Below, piece by piece: positions 37,760-47,212 of a DNA stretch of 64,000 nucleotides (positions are counted from its first letter, which is position 1; each line of letters begins with the position of its first letter). The DNA is from Chloroflexota bacterium (GTDB lineage: Bacteria > Chloroflexota > UBA11872 > VXOZ01), in assembly GCA_963663275.1 (NCBI GenBank), contig OY760183.1, positions 1,536,001 to 1,600,000 of the forward strand, read 5' to 3'. Both the position numbers and the translations under genes were made by a program. The notes below the pieces were generated by a model that worked only from the letters and a program-made list of their open reading frames with translations, ran no database searches and was not told where the DNA came from.

Positions 37760-38758
37760 CTAGCCGCCGATCTGGGACATGGTGCGGTTGGCGCGCTGGA
37801 AGAACTCGCCCTCGTTGATGCGGTGCTTGAGTTCTTTCTGCCAAATGGCGGCGCGGATGAGGCGCTCGAGTTCGTCGTCGTCGGCGCCGCCGCGCAGCGG
37901 CAGGCGCAGGTCGGTTTCGCGCACGGAGAAGAGGCAGGTGCGGAGCATGCCCTCCGCGGTGAGGCGGATGCGGTTGCACGTGGCGCAGAAGGGTTCGCTG
38001 ACGGGATTGATGAAGCCGACCTCGCCGTTGCCGTCGGCGAACCGGTAGACCCGCGACGTGGAGGAGGGGTCGGTGGGTACCGGCTCCAGCGGCACGGGCA
38101 TGGCGTTGTTTATCATATCCAGTATCTCGCCGCCGGTCAGCACCTTTTCTTCGCGCCAGATGCCGTCGGCGTCCAGCGGCATGAACTCGATGAAGCGCAC
38201 CACGTAGGGCTTGCGCCGCGCTAATTCAGCAAACGCCACCACCTCGCGCTCCGTGAATCCGCGAATGCCCACGCAGTTCAGCTTAATCGGCCGGATCGAC
38301 GGGTACTTCTCAAGCTCTTCAAGGCCCTCCAGCACGGCTGCCAGGGCCTTGCGGCGCGTGATGTAGGCGAAGTGTTCCGGCTCCAGGCTATCCAGGCTGA
38401 CGTTGATGCGGGTCAGCCCCGCTTCGGCGAGGGGCCTGGCCAACGACGCCAGCCGGAAGCCGTTGGTGGTGATCGAAAGACTTTCCAGGCCGTCAATCAG
38501 GCGCAGGCGGCCGATGAGGTAGGGCAGGTCTTTGCGCACGGTGGGCTCGCCGCCGGTGATGCGAATGTCGCGGACGCCCAGGCGAACGAAGAGCCGGGAG
38601 AGGCGCTCGATCTCCTCATAGGTCAGGATTTCGTCGCGGGGCACCCACTGCATCATCTCTTCCGGCATGCAGTAGCGGCAACGGAAATTGCAGCGATCCG
38701 TTATCGAGATGCGCAGATTTTCGATCTGTCGCCCAAAGCTGTCAATCAGCGGCTGCAT
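37760..38758 (-). CDS. moaA: GTP 3',8-cyclase
   Basis: LRISITDRCNFRCRYCMP, TGGEP, RFIEFMP, CATCNRIR...CL and C-terminal MSQIGG motifs. Confidence 0.97.
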   Translation of the reverse strand: MQPLIDSFGRQIENLRISITDRCNFRCRYCMPEEMMQWVPRDEILTYEEIERLSRLFVRLGVRDIRITGGEPTVRKDLPYLIGRLRLIDGLESLSITTNGFRLASLARPLAEAGLTRINVSLDSLEPEHFAYITRRKALAAVLEGLEELEKYPSIRPIKLNCVGIRGFTEREVVAFAELARRKPYVVRFIEFMPLDADGIWREEKVLTGGEILDMINNAMPVPLEPVPTDPSSTSRVYRFADGNGEVGFINPVSEPFCATCNRIRLTAEGMLRTCLFSVRETDLRLPLRGGADDDELERLIRAAIWQKELKHRINEGEFFQRANRTMSQIGG

Positions 38759-38846
38759 TCCCTGCTCTCCGAATTGGCGAATACTTCCGGCTATTACCGC
38801 GTGGACATTGCTGCCCTTGGTTCACATTATAGCGCAGCGCCGCCGC

Positions 38847-40247
38847 TCACGTCGGGAGCGCAGCCAGGGCGCGCTTCACGGCCTGGTCCTGCTCCGGCAG
38901 GACCGTGCGCGGGTCGAGCGCAACGGCGTCGTCTTCGATGCGCGCCACCAGCGGCGGGTCGGCGGCGCGCAACCGCTCGGCCAGCGTGACGGGAGAGACC
39001 GCCGGTGAGGTAAGGCGCAGCGTCCACGTGGGCAAGGTTTCGCCCGGGAGCGCGCCGCCGCCGATGGTCGATTCCGCAGGAACGATAGCCGTCGTAATGG
39101 CGGCGTGGGCGGTGAGGGCGCGTTGCCAGACGCGGGCGCGCCGCTTGAGCCGCTCCGGCCGCGCGGCGATCATCTGCCAGACCGGAACGTGCGCCGGGGC
39201 CTCTCGGCGGCGGTAGTGCAGCAGAGTGGCTTCCAGCCCTGCGATGGTTGCCTTGTCCAGCCGGAAGGCGCGGGCCAGCGGGTGGCGCTTCATGGCGGCG
39301 ATGAATTCGCCGCGGCCCGCGATCAAGCCGGCCTGCGGCCCGCCCAGCAGTTTGTCGCCGGAAAAGCTCACCACGGCGCAGCCGGCGGCCAGCGCCGCGT
39401 GGACGGTAGGCTCCGGGCGCAGGCCGTAGGCTGCGGTGTCCAGCAGAGAGCCGCTGCCCAGGTCGTAGAGGACGGGAACGTTCTGTTGCGCCGCTTTGTG
39501 CGCGAGGCTATCCAACGCGGGCTCGTGTGTAAAGCCGACGACCCGGAAGTTGCTGGAGTGAACGCGCAGGATGGCGGCGGTGGCGGGCGTAATGGCGCGC
39601 AGGAAGTCTTCCGCGTAGGTGCGGTTGGTCGTGCCGACTTCCACCAGGCGCGCGCCGCTCTGCGCCAGCACGTCGGGAATGCGGAAGCCGCCGCCAATCT
39701 CCACCGCTTCACCGCGTGAAACGATGACCTCTTTGCCCGCCGCCAGCGCGCTCAGCGCCAGCAGGACGGCGGCGGCATTGTTGTTGACCGCCAGGGCGTC
39801 TTCCGCGCCGCAGAGCGCGGCCAGCGTGCCGGCGAGATGCGTGTAGCGGGAGCCGCGCGCGCCGCCGGTGAGGTCGAATTCAAGATTGCTGTAGCCCGCG
39901 CCCACGGCGGTCATGGCCTGGATGGCGGCCCGGCTCAGGGGCGCGCGCCCCAGGTTGGTGTGCAGGATGACGCCGGTGGCGTTGATCAGCGGGCGGAGAG
40001 AGGGCAGAAACCGCTCTCGCGCGGCGCGTTGCAGGTCGTGGACCAGCGCGTCCAGAGGGGGCGCTTTCGCGCCGTCGAGGATGTCCGCGCGGGCCGTTTC
40101 CAGCACCGCGCGCGCCAGGTCTACCTGGACGTCGTGGGGAAGATCGAGTTTCAGTGCCTGCACGGCGGGCGCAAGGAGCAGGCGGTCGACGCTGGGTAGC
40201 TGGCGGAGGGCGCGGCTACGCGCCGTACTTGGCGAGTTTTTGCGCAT
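38847..40247 (-). CDS. selA: L-seryl-tRNA(Sec) selenium transferase
   Basis: LRQLPSVD, INATGVILHTNLGRA, VNNNAAA, SRGE..EIGGGFRIP, EVGTTNRT, DLGSG and FSGDKLLGGPQAG motifs. The nearest ATG (40247) overlaps the end of apgM. Confidence 0.95.
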   Translation of the reverse strand: MRKNSPSTARSRALRQLPSVDRLLLAPAVQALKLDLPHDVQVDLARAVLETARADILDGAKAPPLDALVHDLQRAARERFLPSLRPLINATGVILHTNLGRAPLSRAAIQAMTAVGAGYSNLEFDLTGGARGSRYTHLAGTLAALCGAEDALAVNNNAAAVLLALSALAAGKEVIVSRGEAVEIGGGFRIPDVLAQSGARLVEVGTTNRTYAEDFLRAITPATAAILRVHSSNFRVVGFTHEPALDSLAHKAAQQNVPVLYDLGSGSLLDTAAYGLRPEPTVHAALAAGCAVVSFSGDKLLGGPQAGLIAGRGEFIAAMKRHPLARAFRLDKATIAGLEATLLHYRRREAPAHVPVWQMIAARPERLKRRARVWQRALTAHAAITTAIVPAESTIGGGALPGETLPTWTLRLTSPAVSPVTLAERLRAADPPLVARIEDDAVALDPRTVLPEQDQAVKRALAALPT

Positions 40248-41421
40248 GGCCCATCGCCAACAGCATGGCGTCCTGCGCCGGGAAACGGCCCAGGCTGCCC
40301 CGCACGAGCGCGCGTTCCGTGAACTCCGCAATGTCGTCGCTGATGCAGGTGTCGCTATAGAGGGCGAACGGCACCGGATGCCAGGAGTGTCCACTGAGCG
40401 CGGATGGTGAAGAGTGGTCGCCGGTGATGATGAAGACGTCCGGTTGCAGGCGGAGCAAGGCGGGCAGCAGGCTGTCTAGCTCTTCGAGCACCTGCACCTT
40501 CTGGTTGAAGTCGCCGTCTTCGCCGGCGGTGTCGGTGGCTTTAACGTGAAAATAGAAGAAGTCATGCTCGTCCCAGTGCTGCTGCAGGGTCTCGAACTCG
40601 TCCCAAATGGTGCTGCCGGTCTCCAGCGGCTTCATGCCCACCAGCTTGGCCAGGCCCCGGTACATGGGGTAGGCGGCGATGGCGGCCGGGGAGAGCTTGT
40701 AGACATCGGGCAGCGTGGGAATGGCGGGCATACTGGCGGCGCCGCGCAACAGCAGCGCGTTGGCGGGATCCTGGTCTTGCAGCACCGCGAAGGCTTCGGC
40801 CAGAAAGCCATTGACGATCTGCGCCGTCGGCGTGGCGCTTTCGTCCAGCGGCGCGGCGGCCGGCGGTTGGACGCCGGTGCGCTGGGGATCCGTGTCCGTG
40901 ACGCGGTCCGAAAGTCCTTCGCCGCGCAAGACCACCAGGGCGCGGTGGCCGGACTCGGTCTCCACGAACACTTCAACCTCGGAGAGGTGGATGTGCCGCA
41001 GCAGCGCGCAGAGTTCGCGGTTGAGTTCGGTGGCCAGCCGGCCGGCGCGGCGGTCGGTGATCTCGCCGTTGCCGTCGATGGTGGCAAAGTTGGCGCGGAA
41101 ACAGACGTCGTGCGGGCCAATGGGAAAGTCGATGCCCAGCGCGGAGAGCACGCCCCTGCCGATGTCGAATTCGATCGGGTCGTAGCCGAAGAGCGCCAGG
41201 TGCGAGGGGCCGCTGCCGGGGGTGATGCCGGGCGCAATCGGGTCGGTGACGCCGCAGATCGAGAGGCCGGCAAAGCGATCCAGGTTGGGAATGCGCGCCA
41301 CTTCCAACTCGGATTGACCGACCTCCGGATGCGGCATACCGCCGAGGCCGTCCAAGATGAGGAAGAGTATCTTGGAGGGCGTCGGCTGCGCTAAATCTTG
41401 TATGAGCGACAACGGTACCAC
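40216..41421 (-). CDS. apgM: 2,3-bisphosphoglycerate-independent phosphoglycerate mutase (archaeal type)
   Basis: ILDGLGG, TPGSGPSHLALFGYDP, DRRAGR, YPMYRG, HVKATD..GEDG, TGDHS and HSWHPVP motifs. Confidence 0.93.
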   Translation of the reverse strand: MVPLSLIQDLAQPTPSKILFLILDGLGGMPHPEVGQSELEVARIPNLDRFAGLSICGVTDPIAPGITPGSGPSHLALFGYDPIEFDIGRGVLSALGIDFPIGPHDVCFRANFATIDGNGEITDRRAGRLATELNRELCALLRHIHLSEVEVFVETESGHRALVVLRGEGLSDRVTDTDPQRTGVQPPAAAPLDESATPTAQIVNGFLAEAFAVLQDQDPANALLLRGAASMPAIPTLPDVYKLSPAAIAAYPMYRGLAKLVGMKPLETGSTIWDEFETLQQHWDEHDFFYFHVKATDTAGEDGDFNQKVQVLEELDSLLPALLRLQPDVFIITGDHSSPSALSGHSWHPVPFALYSDTCISDDIAEFTERALVRGSLGRFPAQDAMLLAMGHAQKLAKYGA

Positions 41422-41507
41422 GAGGAATTCCTGCCGTCAGATGCGCGACCGCTTCAACCGCCATGCTAGCAGGTGGGGGCGGCGCTGTCTAACGGGCGGC
41501 CGCGGCG

Positions 41508-41978
41508 CTAGCCGCAGCGGCCCAGAGCGGCAAAGTAGTCGTCCTCATCGCGCGGGTTCAGCGGCTCGTTGACGATCTTGCCCTGGATCACGCCGTTCTT
41601 GTCGATGATGAACGTGCCGCGGGTGGCAAAGCCCAACTCGTCCAGGAAGACGCCGTACTGCTGGCACACCGCGCCGTGGGGCCAGAAATCGGCCAGGAAC
41701 GTGGCGGGGAACCCGTTATCCTCTTTGAACTGCTTGAGCGTCCACTTGGTGTCGGTGCAGACGCCGATCACGGCGGCGTCGCTGGCGTCGTAGCGGCCGG
41801 CGTTGCCGGCCATGCCGCGAAACTCGCCGTCGCAGATGCCGCTGAACGCGCCCACGTAGAAGACGAGCACGACGTTCTGCTTGCCGCGATAGTCGGAGAG
41901 GGATACTTCCTCACCGTCCTGGTTTACGAGTGTGAAGTCCGGCGCGATCTGGCCGACTTCGGTGCCTTCTGCTGACAT
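41508..41978 (-). CDS. Peroxiredoxin (AhpE-like)
   Basis: [34 protein letters not shown] and RGTFIIDK motifs. SD AGAGGAGG before ATG 41978. Confidence 0.9.
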   Translation of the reverse strand: MSAEGTEVGQIAPDFTLVNQDGEEVSLSDYRGKQNVVLVFYVGAFSGICDGEFRGMAGNAGRYDASDAAVIGVCTDTKWTLKQFKEDNGFPATFLADFWPHGAVCQQYGVFLDELGFATRGTFIIDKNGVIQGKIVNEPLNPRDEDDYFAALGRCG

Positions 41979-42009
41979 GAACTGTGCCTCCTCTATGAAA
42001 TCTAGTGCG

Positions 42010-42171
42010 TCAATCCGTTTCCTGCTTGCGCGCCTCCCGCAGGAAGTAGCCCTCAAGCAAGCCCTCGATGCGGGAAACACGCCCCTCAAGCCGCATGATG
42101 AATCCAACGACCGCGAGTATTGTCACGACGTTTGCGCCAACATTGATGGCAAGGATGACTTCCGGCTGCAT
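42010..42171 (-). CDS. Small TM protein (53 aa), paralog of 11021-11251; absent from the ORF track
   Basis: Hand translation: [53 protein letters not shown]. Confidence 0.65.
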   Translation of the reverse strand: MQPEVILAINVGANVVTILAVVGFIMRLEGRVSRIEGLLEGYFLREARKQETD

Positions 42172-42339
42172 CGTTGGGTTGCTCTCGGCGCCCGCTGCCC
42201 ACTGCGTTGTGCCACTTACAACACCGCCGTCGCTCCGGCGCTGCCACCTCTATGGTACACCAATCCGGCTCCGGTTAGAAGAAGAGTTCGCTGAGATGCA
42301 AGCTCGGGTGGAAGAAAAGCCCGACTGCGTGACGCTGCG

Positions 42340-44574
42340 TCACCGGCCTGCATAGTCCACGAAAACCGGGCTCGACCATGCCATTTCCATGTCGGTTTGG
42401 ACAACCCGCACCCAGTAGGGATTGACGCCCGGTTGCGGCGCGGGGTCGGTGAACGTGAACGCGGCGGTTTCGGGGCCGCGCGCTTGCGGCGCGAGCGAGA
42501 CCGTAACCTTGCGGCCGAGCGGTCCCAGAGCGAACTCCTGGGGGCCTGCCGCCAGATCGTCCAGAACCACGTGGCAGGCGAGGGATTCTCCGGGAGCGTA
42601 GGCGAGTATCTGCGGCCCCGCCGCGCCGTACGCGCCAAAGCGCGGCCGGCTGATGAGGGATGACGTTAAGGCAAGATCGAGAATCGCCTGCTCGTCGTCC
42701 GTAATGGTCAGCACCACGCCGCCGCGGTAGCCGCACGTCACGGAATGCCATCGCAGGCCGCGCTCGGTTACGCCTGACAGATAGGAACGCGGGCTATCGA
42801 AACGGATGGTATGCGCCGCCGCGAGCGAGCCGCGCCTGATGGTTGCCGCGCCGTCCCAAACCACGCCGGAGTAGCTGGACTTGCGGCTCGCCCCTTGCCA
42901 GAGGATGCGCACCCGTTGTGGGTCCGGCGCGGTTTCCAGGGGGTGGTCGTAGACGCGCTCTAATCCGCGAAATATCTCCACGCTCTCCAGCGGGGCGGTA
43001 CCGGTAACGGAGACCGTGACGGTTGGCGGCGCGTCGGTCGCGCAGGCCGCGCCCATGGGGTGGCGGCCGGCGTCTACCTCCAGCGCGATGCGCGCGCCGG
43101 TGGTGGCGTAGCAGCGGCGCGCCTTCAGCGCCTCGTGAAACGCCTCCAGCGTCAGGTCGCTGGCGTAGATGCCGGTGAGACCCGCCTGGGCGTAGCGGCG
43201 CGGCTGGTAGCCGGGAGTGTCCGTGCCGGGGCGTCCCGTGTGGCTGTCGCTGCCGCCGACGAAACCGACCGTGTAGCGGCGTTCCAGGGCTTCCTCCAGA
43301 AACCACTCAAAACTGCCGTGGGTTGACGTAATTTCGATCGCGGGTTCGATAGCGGGTTCATGGTAAGCAAGATCCGCGTGCGCGCCGCCGACGTGGGGGG
43401 TGATGAGCACGTCGGCGTGTCGATAGGCGGCGTACAGGTCGCGCACGTGGGGGAGATCGGTGGCGGCGTCCGATTTATCGGCCACCTGCGCATGGCTGTT
43501 GCGCCGGATCGGCTGCTCCTGGCGGCGGAAGTAGACGTTGTGGTGCCCGCCGCGGGCCGTCTCCGGCGACCACTCGAAGCCCGGCAGCGGCACGAAACGG
43601 CCGGGTTCCGCAAAGGCGGCCTCCGCTTCTTGCTGCGCGCGCCAGTCATCCGCCGAGACCATGTGGTCGTTGCGCTGGTAGCCCACGAAGTCCAGCGCGG
43701 CCACGTCACGGGCAAAGCGGAAGAAATCGGGAATCTTTTCGGCTAACGCCACCTGGCCGCCGTGGGGGTCCGCCCAGTAGAGCGTATGCTCCGGCCGCCG
43801 CTGCGCGCAGATTATTGGGTTGCTGCGGGCTTCCAGGCCGCTGTCGGCATCCGCGACGCGTATGCGGTTTGTGCCGGGAAGAGAGGCGATGCAGCCTTCA
43901 ATTGCGCGGACGCCGTGGTCGCCTGGGCGCAGGCGCAGGCCGCCCGCCGAATCCGGTATGCGGATGTTCTCCGCGTGTACGGCCAGTGTGCCGTCATAGT
44001 CGTGGGCAGGATTGCCCCAGGCGTCTTCAGCGCGCACCAAGATACGGAACGGCGCGCCGGCGACCACGGATGACGGCGCAACCACCACCAGCTTCTGCGC
44101 CGCGCCGCCAACGATGGAGAGATGCGGTGAATCCGGCAGGGTAACGAACTCGCCGCCGCCGCTGGCGTCCACGGCGACCCAGAAGTAGCGCTTGGACTCC
44201 AGGAAGGTCTGCGCCCGGGACCCCGACCCGCCGCCGGTGCGATCGCCGTAGGTCACGGTGACGGTCTCTCCCGGTCGCAGCGGCCGCCCGTGCACCCGCA
44301 GGCGCAGCGACTTGATGTCCTCGACCAACACGTCGAGGCGGGCCGCCGGCGGAGCGCACACGGTCAGGTATTCGGCGCCGGCGGGGTCGGTTACCTGGGG
44401 CAGGCCCCAGTCGGTATCCGAATCCGTGGAGACGCGGATGGCGCCGCCGGCCGCGACGCCGCCCGCGCCAACGGTATAGCGGAGTTGCCAGGTACCGTAC
44501 GCGCCGGCAACGACCGGAGCGCCCGGCTCCAGCGTAGCCGCGCCGTTCTGCTCGTGAAGGGTTTTACTGGGCAC
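42340..44574 (-). CDS. DUF3604-family protein (PHP-like metallo-domain)
   Basis: YWADPHG, GFEWS, GGHHNVYF, PHVGG, GFVGGSDSH.GRPG, RRCYATTG and MAWSSPVFV motifs. Confidence 0.82.
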   Translation of the reverse strand: MPSKTLHEQNGAATLEPGAPVVAGAYGTWQLRYTVGAGGVAAGGAIRVSTDSDTDWGLPQVTDPAGAEYLTVCAPPAARLDVLVEDIKSLRLRVHGRPLRPGETVTVTYGDRTGGGSGSRAQTFLESKRYFWVAVDASGGGEFVTLPDSPHLSIVGGAAQKLVVVAPSSVVAGAPFRILVRAEDAWGNPAHDYDGTLAVHAENIRIPDSAGGLRLRPGDHGVRAIEGCIASLPGTNRIRVADADSGLEARSNPIICAQRRPEHTLYWADPHGGQVALAEKIPDFFRFARDVAALDFVGYQRNDHMVSADDWRAQQEAEAAFAEPGRFVPLPGFEWSPETARGGHHNVYFRRQEQPIRRNSHAQVADKSDAATDLPHVRDLYAAYRHADVLITPHVGGAHADLAYHEPAIEPAIEITSTHGSFEWFLEEALERRYTVGFVGGSDSHTGRPGTDTPGYQPRRYAQAGLTGIYASDLTLEAFHEALKARRCYATTGARIALEVDAGRHPMGAACATDAPPTVTVSVTGTAPLESVEIFRGLERVYDHPLETAPDPQRVRILWQGASRKSSYSGVVWDGAATIRRGSLAAAHTIRFDSPRSYLSGVTERGLRWHSVTCGYRGGVVLTITDDEQAILDLALTSSLISRPRFGAYGAAGPQILAYAPGESLACHVVLDDLAAGPQEFALGPLGRKVTVSLAPQARGPETAAFTFTDPAPQPGVNPYWVRVVQTDMEMAWSSPVFVDYAGR

Positions 44575-44911
44575 GTCAGCGTTCTCTACTTTGATCTTTT
44601 CCGATTACTGTGACGACCGCTGGTAGTGTACAACGAAAGCGGTTGCCGTGTCAGGGAAGGATCGCGCTTGCATGGAGCGCGAACGTTGCCGCGGGCGGCA
44701 TTGCCCTTCGACAGGCTCAGGCCGAATGATAGGAGTCCTCGCCGGCGCGGATTGCACGTAGACGTGGCAAGGCGGCGGCTGCGGCAAAGCGCGTGTTCTC
44801 ATTTGAAGATTCGGCGGCTGTTGGCTAGACTGAAATTAAGGGAAGTCATGTGACCAAAATGTGTCGCCTGGCCGGAATGAGCGGCCCAGGCCAGATAGGA
44901 AGGGAGCCGGT

Positions 44912-46981
44912 ATGGCCCAGGGGATGCCGTGGTACGATCAGTACGTGCGATTTGGACAGGTGGCGCTCCACGAGGCTGATCCGCCGCACGTAGACGTTGG
45001 CTGGTGGCAGGAGCGCTGGCAGGAGAGCGGCTTTGGCGGCGTGGCGTTGAGCGCCGGCGGTGTCTTGGCATTCTACCCCACGACCGTGCCCTTTCACCGG
45101 CGGAGTCGTTGGCTGGGCGAGCGCGACGTCTTCGGGGAGTTGGTGGAAGCGGCCAAGCAGCAGGAACTTATCGTGCTGGCGCGCATCGATCCCAGTCTCG
45201 CCCACGAGGACCTTTACTATACCCATCCCGACTGGTTCATGGTAGACCACGACGGCAAGCCGCGCCGGTCGAACGGTCTCTATTACACGTGCGTCAATTC
45301 GCCGTACTACCGCGAATATCTCCCGGCAATCGTGCGCGAGATTGGCGAACGGTATCCGGTGGATGGCTTCTTCGGCCACAATTGGCACGGGCGGCGGGAG
45401 ATTTGCTACTGCGCCTACTGCGAGCGGCGCTACGCGCGGGAAGCCGAGATGCGCTTGCCCAAACCGTCCGGCGGCCCGGCGCGAGAACAAGACGAGCGCG
45501 CGCAGCGGGGCTGGCAGCGCTGGCGCAGGGAAGTGGATGAGGAACTGTGGACGTTTCTCGAGCGGGTGACCAAAGAAGCGCGGGCCGAGGCGCTCTGGGT
45601 GGGGGATACGACCCAGGGGCGCGTGGCCTCGTTGGCGGAATTCGTCGTTGGCCGGCATGAGGGCGGCCGCGGCGCGCAGCCGCTCTGGGCGGCGGGACTG
45701 GCCAGCCGCGTGGCCCAGGGCATGGCCGGCCGGAATAAAGCGGCCTACGTCACGGTCGCCATGGGCAGCGGCGCGGCCGGTGAGACGCCGCCGGCCGAGA
45801 TACCGGTGACCCTGGCGGAGGTGCTGGCGCATGGCGCGTGGCCGTGGGTGAGCATGGCGGCCGTGCCCCGGGACCGGCGCATGTTCAAGGAGTTGGCCCC
45901 GGCCCTCGCCTGGCGCAATCAGCACGAGCGCATCCTGGGCGGACGCCTGCCCGGGGCTTCCGTGGGCGTGTTGTACGCTGCCTGCGCCGCTGAGGACGCG
46001 GTGAGCGGGCTGGATAGCCACACGCTGGGCGCGTGCCTGGCGCTGCTGCGGGCGCGGATTCCGTTCGACCTGGTGGACGTAGGGCGCCTCCAGCCGGGAG
46101 CGTTGCAGGACTACCAGTTGGTTGTGTTGCCCAATCTCAGCGAGCTATCGGACGGCCAGGCGCAGGAGGTGCGGCGCTTCGTGAGCGGCGGGCGCAGCTT
46201 GGTGGCCACGTTCGAGACCTCGCGCCGGGATCCGTCCGGCGGCTACCGCGCCGACTTCGGCCTGGCGGACGTATTTGGGGTCACGGCCTCAGGCAGCGCG
46301 CCGCTGGAAGGGCTGGAGAACACCCAGTACCAGATTGGCGGCGACCACCCGATCGTCCACGACTTCGGCGATACGGTCGTATTGCCGGCGGCGGGGCGTC
46401 TCAGTCTGGTGCAGCCGCTGGCGCGGGCGGAAACGCCGCTGGTGCTGGTGCCGCCGGCGGCGGATACGCCGCTGGAGTATGGGCTGTCGGAGTTGCCGCA
46501 GATTTCCCGTCCGGTCTTGTTTGCGCGGGAACAGGAGCGGAGCCGCATCGTCTACTTCCCCGGAGACGTCGATCACGCCATCTGGGAGCGCAATCATACG
46601 GACCTGGCGGCCTTGCTCGCCGGCGCGGTGCGGTGGGCGCACGGCAGCGAACTGCCGGTAACGGTGACGGGCCCGGGATTGGTGGACGTGGGCGTGCACG
46701 TTTACGGCAACATGCTGCAAGTGCACCTGGTAAACCTCACCAGCGCCGACGCCTGGCGGGGCTCGATTGAAGAGGTGGTGGCCGTGGGCGCGCAGGAACT
46801 GCGGGTGGTGTTGCAGCCGGGCAACGCGGTGCAGGAGGCGCAATTGCTCGTGAGCGGCGCCAGCGCCGAGTACAGCGTGCAAGACAACGTGCTGCGGATT
46901 GCGATTCCGCAGATCGAGACGCATGAATTCGTAACCGTCCGCTTTGCGGCAGAGGCCGCGCAGACGGCCGAAGCTGAATAG
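44912..46981 (+). CDS. Putative glycoside hydrolase (GHL6-like TIM barrel + beta-galactosidase trimerisation-like domain)
   Basis: AGG..AFYPT, DVFGELVEAA, ARID, HPDWF, CVNSPY, YPVDGFF, CYCAYC, IPFD, LVVLPN, GG.LVATFETS and VHLVN motifs. SD GGAAGGGAG. Confidence 0.72.
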   Translation: MAQGMPWYDQYVRFGQVALHEADPPHVDVGWWQERWQESGFGGVALSAGGVLAFYPTTVPFHRRSRWLGERDVFGELVEAAKQQELIVLARIDPSLAHEDLYYTHPDWFMVDHDGKPRRSNGLYYTCVNSPYYREYLPAIVREIGERYPVDGFFGHNWHGRREICYCAYCERRYAREAEMRLPKPSGGPAREQDERAQRGWQRWRREVDEELWTFLERVTKEARAEALWVGDTTQGRVASLAEFVVGRHEGGRGAQPLWAAGLASRVAQGMAGRNKAAYVTVAMGSGAAGETPPAEIPVTLAEVLAHGAWPWVSMAAVPRDRRMFKELAPALAWRNQHERILGGRLPGASVGVLYAACAAEDAVSGLDSHTLGACLALLRARIPFDLVDVGRLQPGALQDYQLVVLPNLSELSDGQAQEVRRFVSGGRSLVATFETSRRDPSGGYRADFGLADVFGVTASGSAPLEGLENTQYQIGGDHPIVHDFGDTVVLPAAGRLSLVQPLARAETPLVLVPPAADTPLEYGLSELPQISRPVLFAREQERSRIVYFPGDVDHAIWERNHTDLAALLAGAVRWAHGSELPVTVTGPGLVDVGVHVYGNMLQVHLVNLTSADAWRGSIEEVVAVGAQELRVVLQPGNAVQEAQLLVSGASAEYSVQDNVLRIAIPQIETHEFVTVRFAAEAAQTAEAE

Positions 46982-47212
46982 CCGGCTTTCCTGCTGCGCG
47001 ATGAGAGTGGCACGCTGCCGCGATAGGGGAGGGATGCGAAGATCGGTTCCTCAGATTACGAACGTTCGGAAGAGAGTGACGGCGTAAACGACGGCGGCGT
47101 CCTTGGCGAAGGCGACGCTCGCCAGGCGGATGCGCAGCGCGTCCCTCGGGTTGCGCACATCGCGGCGCCCCCCCGGCAAGGGCGGGGACGGCGGCGGGAA
47201 TCATCCCCTTCC

